Part shown: piece after piece, positions 49,447 to 59,383 of the stretch
How positions within the stretch are numbered: the stretch's first letter is position 1
Layout of the letters: the number at the start of each line of letters is the position of its first letter
From: Candidatus Nanosynbacter sp.
GTDB taxonomy: Bacteria; Patescibacteriota; Saccharimonadia; Saccharimonadales; Saccharimonadaceae
Direction: 5' to 3'
Length of the DNA: 64,000 bases
Assembly: GCA_015257455.1 (NCBI GenBank)
Contig: JABZKD010000001.1
Span: 72,548-136,547, forward strand
Program-made: the position numbers and the translations under genes
Notes under the pieces: generated by a model
The model's input: only the letters and a program-made list of their open reading frames with translations
Told to the model about the DNA's origin: nothing
Database searches by the model: none

Positions 49447-50432
49447 TGTATCAAAATTTTTCAGAATTTCTCCAAAACAAAAGCAAAATCTGCGTCATTC
49501 AAGCCGAAAATCCCGACGGAGACTCCTTAGGTTCCAGCTTAGCCCTAGAAGCACTCCTTGAAGATAAAGAAGTTTCACTTTATTGCCCGGTCAATGTGCC
49601 AAAATATCTTCGTTATTTTTCCGGCTGGGAACGCATTGATCAAAATTTTGATTACCACGCGGACGGTTATATCATTGTCGATACCGCCGCCACTATTCTT
49701 CTTAGCAAACTACTTGATGATTTGGTGATTCGCAATATTCTCTACACTAAACCAATTTTCGTCATCGACCATCATGAAACTGACGATGATTTAGATTTTC
49801 CACATCAAAGTATTATCGAACATTTACCATCTTGCACTAATCTGATTTACAAAATTGCCATTGATCAAAATATCAAAATCAATCAATCCGCCGCCGAAAA
49901 TATTTTTCAAGGTCTACTTTCCGATACTCTTGGCCTCACCACCGCTGGAGTCACCGCTGATACTTTCCGCGTCGCGGCCCACCTTGCCGAACTTGGCGCC
50001 GACATCAATAAGCTAGAAGAAAGTCGCAAAGAATACATGAAAAAGTCGCGACGTATTCTCGATTATAAGGCCGACCTCATTAAGCGCATCGAATATAGCC
50101 TCGATGATAAGCTTTCCACCATCCATATTCCTTGGTCTGATATTACAGAATTTTCTGATGAGTATAATCCAAACGCGCTCATCCTCGAAGAGATGAAGAT
50201 GGTCGAAGGCGTCGAAGTCGCCGTGGCCATTAAAACATATCCAGACGGCAAAGTCACTGGCAAAATTCGTACCTCGAAGCCAATCGCTGATAAGGTCGCT
50301 GGTTATTTTGGTGGCGGTGGTCACCCATTTGCCGCTGGCTTTCGCACTTATGACACCACTTATGATGACGTATTACGTGACTTAGTTTTCTGTTGTAATG
50401 ATTTACTTTTTAAATCTGAAGAAACTAATTAA
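49446..50432 (+). CDS. nrnA: DHH/DHHA1 phosphoesterase (NrnA-like nanoRNase)
   Basis: NPDGDSLGS, IDHH, SDT, GGGGHPFAAG. Confidence 0.9.
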   Translation: MYQNFSEFLQNKSKICVIQAENPDGDSLGSSLALEALLEDKEVSLYCPVNVPKYLRYFSGWERIDQNFDYHADGYIIVDTAATILLSKLLDDLVIRNILYTKPIFVIDHHETDDDLDFPHQSIIEHLPSCTNLIYKIAIDQNIKINQSAAENIFQGLLSDTLGLTTAGVTADTFRVAAHLAELGADINKLEESRKEYMKKSRRILDYKADLIKRIEYSLDDKLSTIHIPWSDITEFSDEYNPNALILEEMKMVEGVEVAVAIKTYPDGKVTGKIRTSKPIADKVAGYFGGGGHPFAAGFRTYDTTYDDVLRDLVFCCNDLLFKSEETN

Positions 50433-50444
50433 TCGAGAAACATT

Positions 50445-51860
50445 ATGACCAAACTTCACCTATTCAATACCAAAACTCGCCAAATCGAAGAATTCATCCC
50501 TCAAAATTCCGAAAACGTCAAAATCTACACCTGTGGACCAACCGTTTATAATTTTGCCCACATTGGAAATTTCGCTAGCTATATCTACTGGGATCTCCTA
50601 GTTCGCACTCTCAAAATTAATCATTTAACTCCTCACCGTATTATTAATATTACTGATGTCGGACACCTCGCATCTGATGCTGACGACGGGGAAGATAAAC
50701 TCGAAAAAGGCGCCAAACGTGAAAATAAAACCGTTTGGGAAATTGCCAAATTTTATGAAGCGGCTTTCATTAAAGATTTTAATGCTCTAAATTTATTACC
50801 ACCTACCAAGTTCTGCCGCGCCACCGACTACATTCAAGAAGATCTTGAAGTGATTAACACCTTAATTGAGCGTGGATACACCTACGAAACTTCCGATGGG
50901 ATTTATTTTGATACCAGTAAATTTGCTACCTATGCTGATTTTGCTAGACTTGATCTAGATAACCTACGTGCTGGCGCCCGCGTCGATTTTAATTCCGAAA
51001 AACGCAATATTTCTGATTTTGCTATCTGGAAATTTATTAAACCTGGCGAAGATCATGCCATGCAGTGGGATTTTCAAGGCAAAAAAGGCTACCCAGGCTG
51101 GCATCTTGAATGCTCCACCATCTCACATTTTGAATTAGGTGAGCCCCTCGACATTCATGCCGGCGGCATCGATCACATTCCGATTCATCACACCAATGAA
51201 ATCGCCCAATCGGAAGCTGCTTTTGGTAAAACTATGGCTAATTACTGGCTCCACGCCAATTTCATCACCATTGATAATCAAAAAATTAGCAAATCCCTTG
51301 GCAATACTTATTCAATTCAAGATCTAAAAGACCGCGGCTTCTCACCACTCGACTTTAAGCTCTGGATTTTGCAAGGACATTATCAATCCGAACGAAATTT
51401 CACTTTCGAAGGCCTTGCGGCTGCCAAAAATCGACGCCTACATTGGCTAAATCGCCTTGCGAAAACCCTGCAGGAAACTGCTACCATCGAAAATCAAGCT
51501 GCTCTTCTTACTAAGATTCAACAAGATCACTATCAAACTACGGAATTACAAGAAAAACTCATCGCCATCATTAATCAGAACCTTAACTCCGCTGAGGTCT
51601 TTGCTGAAATTGATCAAAATGAATTAAGTTTAGATGATTGGCGTTTTGTCGATGAATTATTCGGACTTCGTTTCTTCGATTGTCTTATTCTGCCATCAAA
51701 CGAAATTCAAACGCTTATTAAAGAGCGCGCCGAAGCTAAACTAAATAAAGATTACGCCAAGGCCGACCAGATTCGCGAAGACTTAAAAGCCCATAATTTT
51801 AGTATTTTAGACACCAATCAAACCAGTTTCTGGCAATATCTTGAAACACCAATGATATAA
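50445..51860 (+). CDS. cysS: Cysteine--tRNA ligase
   Basis: CGPTVY, HIGN, PGWHLECS, HHTNE, KISKS. Confidence 0.97.
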   Translation: MTKLHLFNTKTRQIEEFIPQNSENVKIYTCGPTVYNFAHIGNFASYIYWDLLVRTLKINHLTPHRIINITDVGHLASDADDGEDKLEKGAKRENKTVWEIAKFYEAAFIKDFNALNLLPPTKFCRATDYIQEDLEVINTLIERGYTYETSDGIYFDTSKFATYADFARLDLDNLRAGARVDFNSEKRNISDFAIWKFIKPGEDHAMQWDFQGKKGYPGWHLECSTISHFELGEPLDIHAGGIDHIPIHHTNEIAQSEAAFGKTMANYWLHANFITIDNQKISKSLGNTYSIQDLKDRGFSPLDFKLWILQGHYQSERNFTFEGLAAAKNRRLHWLNRLAKTLQETATIENQAALLTKIQQDHYQTTELQEKLIAIINQNLNSAEVFAEIDQNELSLDDWRFVDELFGLRFFDCLILPSNEIQTLIKERAEAKLNKDYAKADQIREDLKAHNFSILDTNQTSFWQYLETPMI

Positions 51861-51876
51861 TCAAACAAAGGAGTAT

Positions 51877-52968
51877 ATGTCACACACAATTGATATCGAC
51901 ACAAAAACATTTGTCCGCTTCTGGCTAGTCTTAATCGCTTTTGCCGCCGCCGGATTTTTCATTATTAAAGCTGCCGGTGGTCTAATCATCGTCGGAATTT
52001 CCGCTTTTCTAGCAATCTCTCTTCATCCGCTAGCTAAACAAATCGATAAAATCGACAAACGTAAAAGTCGCCCTGGACTTTCTTCCGCATTAGCAGTTTT
52101 TACCATTGCACTAGCTTTTGCCATTATCGTGGGTGTGATTGGCCCGGTTATTGTCGAGCAAGTTTCCAATTTTCTCGCTACTGCACCTGCTAAGATTTCG
52201 GAGGTTATCGATCATTTAGATATTAATGGTATTGGCAATTATTTTGGCATTCCTAACCTCCAAGACAGCTTAACTTCCGGCATCAAAAGTTTCAGTAGTA
52301 CGATGCTCGGCAATATTAGCAATATCGCCGTTGGCAGTATCGGTGCCATTAGCAATATCATCACTAGTGTGATTCTTACCATTGTCCTCACCATTCTCTT
52401 CATGCTTGAAGGCCCGACCATGATGCAAGATTTTTGGCGTGTCATGGCAGTCAAAGATAAAAAATCCGCCCACGTCTGGCAGCGCGTCATCACTCGCATG
52501 GGTAATGTGGTGGCAGCCTATGTTTCGTCCCAAGTCTTTATAGCTCTCCTCGACGGCCTCATGACTATGCTCGGCGTTTTTGTTATTACTCTTATCTTCG
52601 GTCTTCCAGTTACCCTTGCCGTACCACTTGGACTTATCTCCTTCCTCTTCTTCCTCATTCCAATGTTTGGCCCAGTCATCGGCTGCATCTTGAATACTAC
52701 TCTACTTTTCATCAACGCTCCTGGCGCCGCTATTGCTTTCTTTATTTTTTACCTCATCTATCAGCAAATCGAAAACAATATCATCGGCCCTCGCATTCAG
52801 GGTAAGGGACTCAATCTTCCTCCGCTCGCCATCTTAATTTCGATTACTATTGGTATGTATGCTTTTGGTTTGATTGGCTGTATTGTGGCTATCCCAATCG
52901 CTGGCTGCATTAAAATTCTTTTCGAAGAAGCTTCCAATATCCGCGCTACGCTCGATGACGAAAAATAA
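51877..52968 (+). CDS. AI-2E family transporter (PerM-like)
   Basis: IPMFGP, QQIENNIIGPRI, G..G.IVAIP motifs. Confidence 0.9.
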   Translation: MSHTIDIDTKTFVRFWLVLIAFAAAGFFIIKAAGGLIIVGISAFLAISLHPLAKQIDKIDKRKSRPGLSSALAVFTIALAFAIIVGVIGPVIVEQVSNFLATAPAKISEVIDHLDINGIGNYFGIPNLQDSLTSGIKSFSSTMLGNISNIAVGSIGAISNIITSVILTIVLTILFMLEGPTMMQDFWRVMAVKDKKSAHVWQRVITRMGNVVAAYVSSQVFIALLDGLMTMLGVFVITLIFGLPVTLAVPLGLISFLFFLIPMFGPVIGCILNTTLLFINAPGAAIAFFIFYLIYQQIENNIIGPRIQGKGLNLPPLAILISITIGMYAFGLIGCIVAIPIAGCIKILFEEASNIRATLDDEK

Positions 52969-53020
52969 TTAAAATTTAAAATCTAGTTCAAGATCGAAAG
53001 ATCAAATCTTTCTGACCTGC

Positions 53021-53049
53021 TTGACTAGTCATCCAAAATTTCACATAAT
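53021..53049 (+). promoter_or_regulatory. Sigma70 promoter of PNPOx-yhhQ-tgt operon
   Basis: TTGACT-17nt-CATAAT; SD AAGGA upstream of ATG 53081. Confidence 0.6.
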
Positions 53050-53080
53050 TAATAAGCACTTAAAAAGGAAAAAATTTACT

Positions 53081-53452
53081 ATGGAACAAGTTTTACCATT
53101 TCTTGAAGGAATGTTTTATATTGCAACTACCGATGGCGATCAGCCACATCTTCGCATTTTTGATGCTGCTGGCATTCTCGACGGCCATCTCTACATTGGC
53201 ACCAAATCTAACAAACAGGTTTACGCTCAAATCGAAAAAAATCCTAAGGTCGAAATTTACGTCTTTAGCAACGAACTTGGCCTCATGCGTTTCACCGCTG
53301 AAGCTAAAACTGTTACCGACAAGGAACTAAATCAAAAAGCCTACGAATCCACCGGCAAAACTTACGACGAAACCTCTGCCGCTATCGAGCTCACCAATGT
53401 TCGTGGCTCCATCAAAACTAAAGACGGTGAAACCGTAGAACTTAATTTCTAA
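53081..53452 (+). CDS. Pyridoxamine 5'-phosphate oxidase-like (FMN-binding split barrel) protein
   Basis: FYIATTDGDQPHLR, LYIGT..NKQVYAQIEKNPKVEI. Confidence 0.85.
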   Translation: MEQVLPFLEGMFYIATTDGDQPHLRIFDAAGILDGHLYIGTKSNKQVYAQIEKNPKVEIYVFSNELGLMRFTAEAKTVTDKELNQKAYESTGKTYDETSAAIELTNVRGSIKTKDGETVELNF

Positions 53453-53453
53453 G

Positions 53454-54137
53454 ATGGACAAGCAAGTTAGAAAACGAAATCTCTTAATTTACTTCACCGC
53501 GATTTCGGCTGGGATCCTTCTGATTTCCAACTTAGCTGCGACTAAGCTTTGGGACCTCTTTGGTATTCCAGTCGACGGAGGGGTAATTAGCTTTCCAATT
53601 TCCTACATTCTCGGTGATATTATCATTGAATTTTACGGCCAAAAGACCGCTAAGCACATCATTCTCGGTAGCCTCCTCGTTAATATCATTGCTGCGCTCA
53701 CTTTTTGGATTGTCATCGCCCTGCCACCATTCGCTGGTACGGAAGGCATGCAAGAATCAATTGCCAATGTCCTAGGTTTTGCGCCACGTATTATTATTGG
53801 TTCACTCACTGCCTACCTGTTTTCACAGTTTTCCAACAACTACATCTTCGAAAAGATTAAGCAAAAGACTGGTCAAAAACTCTTCATCGTCCGCGCCCTC
53901 ACCTCTTCTTTTGTCGCACATTTTTTCGATACTTTAGTCTTTGAAATTATCGCCTTCCTCGGCGTCTTGGCTTTTTCCGATTTTCTAAATCAAGCCATCT
54001 TCGCTTACATTATAGGCATCGGTATCGAAATCGTCTTGTCCCCAGTCGAAATCTTAATCGTAAAAAATCTCCGCAAATACATTCCAGCCCATAAAGTTGA
54101 AATCGCAAAAATCGCGGACCAAGCGACTGAAAAATAG
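53454..54137 (+). CDS. yhhQ: Queuosine precursor transporter (YhhQ/Vut_1)
   Basis: SNLAATK, FPISYILGDIIIEFYG, RIIIGSLTAYLFSQ, DT..F; adjacent to tgt. Confidence 0.92.
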   Translation: MDKQVRKRNLLIYFTAISAGILLISNLAATKLWDLFGIPVDGGVISFPISYILGDIIIEFYGQKTAKHIILGSLLVNIIAALTFWIVIALPPFAGTEGMQESIANVLGFAPRIIIGSLTAYLFSQFSNNYIFEKIKQKTGQKLFIVRALTSSFVAHFFDTLVFEIIAFLGVLAFSDFLNQAIFAYIIGIGIEIVLSPVEILIVKNLRKYIPAHKVEIAKIADQATEK

Positions 54138-54143
54138 GGGATC

Positions 54144-55343
54144 ATGACGACTTCTGGTTTTTCTTTCGAAATTAATGAGCGTATTCCTGGGGCGCTCGGC
54201 CGCGCCGGAACTATTCATACCCCACACGGCGACATTAAGACTCCAGCCTTTATGGCGGTCGGCACCACCGGGGCCATTCGCTTTCTTTCACCAGAAGAAC
54301 TTCATCAGACCAAAGCTCAAGCCATGCTCAGTAATGGTTACCACCTTCGTCGCAAATCGCACGAAATTGCGGAAGCTGGCGGTTTAGCCAACTGGTCAAA
54401 TTGGCATGGGCCGACCCTCACCGATTCTGGTGGCTTCCAAGTCATGTCACTCGGTTCTGGCCTTGGCAAAGTCGTCTCTATGGAGCGCGAGCGTGGTGTA
54501 GTTAATACCGCCCACCAAGAACGCCTCGCCCACGTTACCGAAGATGGGGTTAATTTCCGCGACCCTTTCGATGGTCAACCAGATTTTATTGGCCCAGAAG
54601 AATCTATGCAGATTCAATGCCGTATCGGCGCCGATATTCACATGGCTTTTGATGAACTTACTTCCTTAGCCGACAGCTACGAATATAATGTTGAGGCTCT
54701 CGCCCGTACCGAACGTTGGGCTAAACGTAGTCTCGACGAGCATTTTAAATTACGTGACTCACTCGGCTACCGTCAAAGCCTTTATGGAGTTCTACAGGGT
54801 GGTCGCTGGGAAGATTTAAGGCGCAGTACGGCCAAAAAATTTGGCAAAATGCCATTTGATGGCTATGGTCTTGGTGGCGCCTTTCTTAAGGAAGACCTCG
54901 GTGAAATTTTACGTTGGTGTAATGAGGAATTACCTGAAAACAAACCTCGTCACCTACTGGGACTTTCCCATCCCGACGATATTTTAATTGGTACCGAAAT
55001 GGGCGCCGACACTTTCGACTGTGTCGCACCGACCCGCGAAGCTCGCCACGGTAAAATTTATACCAAATACGGCGATATTAATCTGCGTAAGTTTAAGGAT
55101 AGCAATGAATTACTTGATGCCCACTGCGACTGTACTACTTGTAGAGCTGGTTGGACCAGGGGACAATTGCGTGCACTTTGGAAATCTGGTGACCCGGAGT
55201 TAAAACGTCAGTATTATAATCTTGCTACCGCCCATAATTTACGCTTCATCATTCGCCTAACTGAGCAAATTCGTGAAAGTATTTTGAATCAAACTTTTAC
55301 TGAATTCAAAAAACAGTTCTTACACGATTATTATCAAAAATAA
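54144..55343 (+). CDS. tgt: tRNA-guanine transglycosylase
   Basis: TPHGDIKTPAFMAVGT, LTDSGGFQ, QGG, KPRHLLG, FDCVAPTR, CDCTTC...HNL zinc site. Confidence 0.96.
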   Translation: MTTSGFSFEINERIPGALGRAGTIHTPHGDIKTPAFMAVGTTGAIRFLSPEELHQTKAQAMLSNGYHLRRKSHEIAEAGGLANWSNWHGPTLTDSGGFQVMSLGSGLGKVVSMERERGVVNTAHQERLAHVTEDGVNFRDPFDGQPDFIGPEESMQIQCRIGADIHMAFDELTSLADSYEYNVEALARTERWAKRSLDEHFKLRDSLGYRQSLYGVLQGGRWEDLRRSTAKKFGKMPFDGYGLGGAFLKEDLGEILRWCNEELPENKPRHLLGLSHPDDILIGTEMGADTFDCVAPTREARHGKIYTKYGDINLRKFKDSNELLDAHCDCTTCRAGWTRGQLRALWKSGDPELKRQYYNLATAHNLRFIIRLTEQIRESILNQTFTEFKKQFLHDYYQK

Positions 55344-55370
55344 GAACCATAATCGTGATAAAATAGATTA

Positions 55371-56012
55371 GTGGAAAATAAAGTTTCATTCTTCAAAAGA
55401 TATCCAATCGTTAAAGATTTTGTTAATTTAATTGTTTTTGTCGCCTGTGTTATTCTCGGCACCATGTTCTTAAATGCCTACGTTTTTCGCTCCTATAATG
55501 TCGTCGGACATTCCATGGATAACACTTTAAGCGAAAACGACCGTTTAATCGTCAATCGACTAGCTGTCAGCATGAGCCATCTATCGGGCAAGGAATACGT
55601 ACCAGAACGTGGCCAAATCATTGTTTTCTTGAATGGCGAATCTAGTGGCAAGCTAACTTGTAGTGTCGATCCTACCATTAAAGACCAATATATCATCAAG
55701 CGTGTCATTGCTTTTCCAGGCGAACGCGTGGTAGTAAAAGACGGCAAAATTACGGTTTATAATGACCAGAACCCTAATGGCTTCGACCCAGATGCCGCTA
55801 CCAGAAAGTCCACCACTGATGGCCCAAAGGCCAATACTTCCGGTGAAGTCGATACGACCGTTCCAGATGGTGAAATTTTCGTAGTCGGAGACAACCGTGA
55901 AGGCACTCATTCCTACGATTCTCGTTATGGCCTTGGCACTATTCCGTATTGTCGCATCATCGGACCAGTTCTCATGCGACTTTATCCCTTCGATCACATT
56001 CGTTTATTTTAA
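55371..56012 (+). CDS. lepB: Signal peptidase I
   Basis: GHSMDNTL, IKRVIA, GDNR..SYDSR. Confidence 0.95.
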   Translation: MENKVSFFKRYPIVKDFVNLIVFVACVILGTMFLNAYVFRSYNVVGHSMDNTLSENDRLIVNRLAVSMSHLSGKEYVPERGQIIVFLNGESSGKLTCSVDPTIKDQYIIKRVIAFPGERVVVKDGKITVYNDQNPNGFDPDAATRKSTTDGPKANTSGEVDTTVPDGEIFVVGDNREGTHSYDSRYGLGTIPYCRIIGPVLMRLYPFDHIRLF

Positions 56013-56033
56013 TAATAAGGTATAATATTCTAT

Positions 56034-56816
56034 ATGGCAGATTATGTAATCATCCGACGTGGCCGCAATATTCTCAGTACCATTCTTCATGTCTTACTGA
56101 ATCTGATACTTGCCATTGCCACCATTTTCCTAAACCTCGCTACCGCAAGTTTTCTTCCTGGCTGTGCCTTGGTGCTTCTTTCCAAATGGCGCATGTTTGC
56201 CGTGCGTCCACGCTATTTATTTATTAATATTAAATCCAACCTAGTCGACCTCATCATGGGTTTTTCCTTCGTATTTCTCGCCTACTGTGCTGGAAATATT
56301 CTAAGCCCATTGCATTACGTACTGACGGCCCTCTATTCACTCTGGCTCATCGTTCTCAAGCCAATGTCCTCTAATTTTGCCACCAAACTCCAGGCGCTTC
56401 TCGCAGTATTTTTCGGCAGCACCGCCATCACCCTGATGGTAGCTAGTAGCAGCTCCGGTCTCACCGTCCTATTAAACTTTATCCTCGGTTTTGCCGTAGC
56501 ACGCCACGTCTTAGTACAAAGTGAAGACACCGAATATGGTTTAATCACCCTAATTTCTGGTCTAATTTTTGCCGAGATTTCCTGGTTAGCTGAATTCTGG
56601 CTCATTGTCTATTCTTTTAAGGCCTTCGGTCTAATCATTCCACAAATCTCCATTATTCTGACAATCTTAGCGTTCTTAGCTGGCCTACTTTATCAAAACG
56701 CCAGTCAAAATGACCAGAAAATTGAAAAGAAAGATATTCTCGTACCTACTATTTTTGCTATTTCCGTAATCCTGATAATCGTGCTGTGGTTTAGTAAACC
56801 GCTATTTAATGTCTAA
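56034..56816 (+). CDS. Hypothetical polytopic membrane protein
   Basis: About 9 TM; LLSKWRMFAVRPR..NIKSNLVD motif. Confidence 0.8.
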   Translation: MADYVIIRRGRNILSTILHVLLNLILAIATIFLNLATASFLPGCALVLLSKWRMFAVRPRYLFINIKSNLVDLIMGFSFVFLAYCAGNILSPLHYVLTALYSLWLIVLKPMSSNFATKLQALLAVFFGSTAITLMVASSSSGLTVLLNFILGFAVARHVLVQSEDTEYGLITLISGLIFAEISWLAEFWLIVYSFKAFGLIIPQISIILTILAFLAGLLYQNASQNDQKIEKKDILVPTIFAISVILIIVLWFSKPLFNV

Positions 56817-56839
56817 TCTTACGTTTAAGGAGGTAAAAA

Positions 56840-58357
56840 ATGAACGAAGATAAAAGTAATTTTGAGCCAAAAGACTCAACCGATTTAGAAGAAGTAAAAA
56901 ACATGTCTGAATCAGAAGATCTCGAATCTACTGATTCATCCGTGAGTTCAGTCGAAGAGTCAGAGACTACCGACACCTCAGAACAGTCCGAAACTTCAGA
57001 ACAATCCAAAAACGAATTCGAAGCTGACGCTGAAACCGAATCTAAAACTGAAGATGATTCTGAAGCTGAAGATAAATCTGAATCTGAAACCGAATCTAAA
57101 GATGAATCCGAAGAAGCTAACGAAGCTAATTCCGCTGAAGACACCGAATCTGAATCTGAAGAAAAATCCACCTCAAAAACCGAGAAAAAGCCTAAGATTA
57201 AAACTGGTAAAAATCGTTTTGCTACCTTCGCCAGTCTCGTAGCCGTCGCCTTATCAGGCACCGCGCTTTATTATGCCTACAACCGTCCTACTACTTCAAT
57301 TTTCCATAGTAGTAATTCGGCCAGCAATAACGCCGCTACCTTTGCCGAAGGATCAATTTCTGAAATTGCCAATTCTGTCTCAAAGAGTGTCGTTTCAATT
57401 ATCACCAATACTAGCACCACCGGTTCTTTCTTTACTGGTCAAGTTTCCCAGGCTGCCGGTACCGGCTTTATCATCAGTAGCGATGGTTATATCGCCACCA
57501 ATAAGCACGTCGTCGCTAATGCTACTAAAATTGGCGTCATCCTCGACGATGGTTCGACTTATGAAGATGTTGAACTTATCGGCACCGACCCAATCAATGA
57601 TTTTGCCATTATTAAAATCAAAGACGTCAAAGATCTTACTCCAATCAAAATTGGAGACAGCAAAACCACTAACATCGGCCAGCAAGTTGTAGCTATCGGT
57701 AATGCGCTTGGTACCTATCAAAACTCCGTCACCTCCGGTATCATCTCTGGCAAAGGTCGTAGTCTCACCGCCTCCGATTCTTCTCGCACCACCTATGAAA
57801 CCCTTTCCGATATGATCCAAACCGATGCCGCTATTAATGGTGGTAACTCCGGTGGTCCACTCGTCAATGCCGCCGGCGAAGTGATTGGTATTAATACTGC
57901 CTATGCCAGCCAGGGAAATAACGTTGGCTTTGCTATCCCTATCAATAGTGTTAAGGGAATTATGGCTGGCGTCCTCAAAGATGGCAAATTCGAACGCGCC
58001 GTATTGGGTGTCCGCTACCAAACCATCACCCCACTTATTGCCAAAGAGAAGAAACTTGATGTCACTGCTGGCGCCTATGTCAAAGGCTCAAACAATGCCT
58101 CCGCCGTCATCAAGGGTAGTGCTGGCGACAAGGCTGGTATCAAAGATGGCGACATCATTACTGCCGTTAATGGCACCAAAATCGGCACTGCCGGCTCTCT
58201 TGGTAGCTTAATCGGTGAATACGCCGTCGGCGACACGGTCAAACTCGAAGTTTATCGTGACAAAAAATATATCGAGCTCAATGTTAAACTTGAAGCCTTT
58301 GACGCCGACAGTGCCAAAGTTACCACCAATAAAAAGTCTGACGACGACGAAGAATAA
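56840..58357 (+). CDS. htrA: HtrA/DegP serine protease with one PDZ domain and acidic N-terminal tail
   Basis: GTGF, TNKHVV, D, QTDAAINGGNSGGPL; PDZ; TM at about aa 128-145. Confidence 0.95.
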   Translation: MNEDKSNFEPKDSTDLEEVKNMSESEDLESTDSSVSSVEESETTDTSEQSETSEQSKNEFEADAETESKTEDDSEAEDKSESETESKDESEEANEANSAEDTESESEEKSTSKTEKKPKIKTGKNRFATFASLVAVALSGTALYYAYNRPTTSIFHSSNSASNNAATFAEGSISEIANSVSKSVVSIITNTSTTGSFFTGQVSQAAGTGFIISSDGYIATNKHVVANATKIGVILDDGSTYEDVELIGTDPINDFAIIKIKDVKDLTPIKIGDSKTTNIGQQVVAIGNALGTYQNSVTSGIISGKGRSLTASDSSRTTYETLSDMIQTDAAINGGNSGGPLVNAAGEVIGINTAYASQGNNVGFAIPINSVKGIMAGVLKDGKFERAVLGVRYQTITPLIAKEKKLDVTAGAYVKGSNNASAVIKGSAGDKAGIKDGDIITAVNGTKIGTAGSLGSLIGEYAVGDTVKLEVYRDKKYIELNVKLEAFDADSAKVTTNKKSDDDEE

Positions 58358-58361
58358 AGTC

Positions 58362-58390
58362 AAAAAATAACCCTCCGGGGTTATTTTTTT
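58362..58390. terminator. Bidirectional terminator between htrA and prmC
   Basis: AAAAAATAACCC-TCCGG-GGGTTATTTTTT. Confidence 0.85.
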
Positions 58391-58447
58391 ATCTATCATA
58401 ATATATATTATTGAAATTCTTATTTTAACTAAAAATCCCACCAAAAA

Positions 58448-59368
58448 TTATTTCAGCTTATCCACTGGATAGAAAAATCCTAAAATTAAATCTTTCTTTA
58501 AGCCTAATTCAAAGCCCAACTTTTCCGCATATTCAATAATTTTTTGTTGCTGACTCATATCTGATTCGATAATCACATAATTTGTTTCAATTTCATCCTG
58601 AATTTCTGACTCCGAAAGTTCTTCCAGCTTTTTGGTGCTAAAAAAATTTCGCTTAATCTGATCGAGCAAACGATAAATCTGCGCTAAGCCGTCCTTATCC
58701 GCATAAAGCGCTAGTTTTGGTTCGTACTGCAATTCTGGTGACTGCCACTCCCAAGATTCATCCACATATGGTAAGTTTGCCACAATAATTTCTGGTCGAA
58801 TTTTCAAACGTAGAATAGTCGAAAGTAAATCCGATTTATAAAATTTAATATTTTTTACCCCTAATTTATCCCGGTTAATTCGCGCCACCGTCAAAGCATC
58901 TTTCGAAATATCGAGGCCAATCACCTGACTATTCGCGCATTCCAAAGCTACCGAAAGTCCAATACAACCCGATCCCGTCCCCACATCCACAATTGTCACC
59001 GGTTTTTTTATATCGGATTGCTTTCCACTATTAAATTTCCCATCAATAATTCGATAATAAAGTTTTCCCGCCAGCTCCGCCGCGAGTTCCGTTTCCGGAC
59101 GGGGAATCAATACATTTTGATTTACCAAAAATGGTCGCCCCATAAACCACTTGACGCCTAAAATATAGGCCAACGGCACTTTATTAGCCCGTAATGCCAC
59201 CATTTGGTCTGCCTTTTTACGCGCCTCATCAGAAATTTTGTCCGCTCCATGCGTCACGAAAAAGCTCCGGTCTTGCACATCCATCGAGACCGCCAAAATA
59301 ATCTCCGCTTCCATCGGATTGATAATCTGTTTTGAAACATCCAGCCAACTTTTTACCGTGGTTGCCAT
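58448..59368 (-). CDS. prmC: Release factor glutamine methyltransferase
   Basis: PLAYILG, VLIPRPETE, DVGTGSGCI, ANLPY, EPKLAL; downstream of prfA. Confidence 0.93.
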   Translation of the reverse strand: MATTVKSWLDVSKQIINPMEAEIILAVSMDVQDRSFFVTHGADKISDEARKKADQMVALRANKVPLAYILGVKWFMGRPFLVNQNVLIPRPETELAAELAGKLYYRIIDGKFNSGKQSDIKKPVTIVDVGTGSGCIGLSVALECANSQVIGLDISKDALTVARINRDKLGVKNIKFYKSDLLSTILRLKIRPEIIVANLPYVDESWEWQSPELQYEPKLALYADKDGLAQIYRLLDQIKRNFFSTKKLEELSESEIQDEIETNYVIIESDMSQQQKIIEYAEKLGFELGLKKDLILGFFYPVDKLK

Positions 59369-59383
59369 TTTCTCCTTAAAATT

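Noticed and set aside
52970..53453. preQ1 riboswitch upstream of yhhQ/tgt
   Set aside because: No class I stem-loop plus A-rich tail signature recognisable; yhhQ is directly coupled to the upstream gene
56806..58021. Antisense ORFs over htrA (Ser-rich 151 aa; 208 aa)
   Set aside because: Mirror of the low-complexity acidic tail and codon bias
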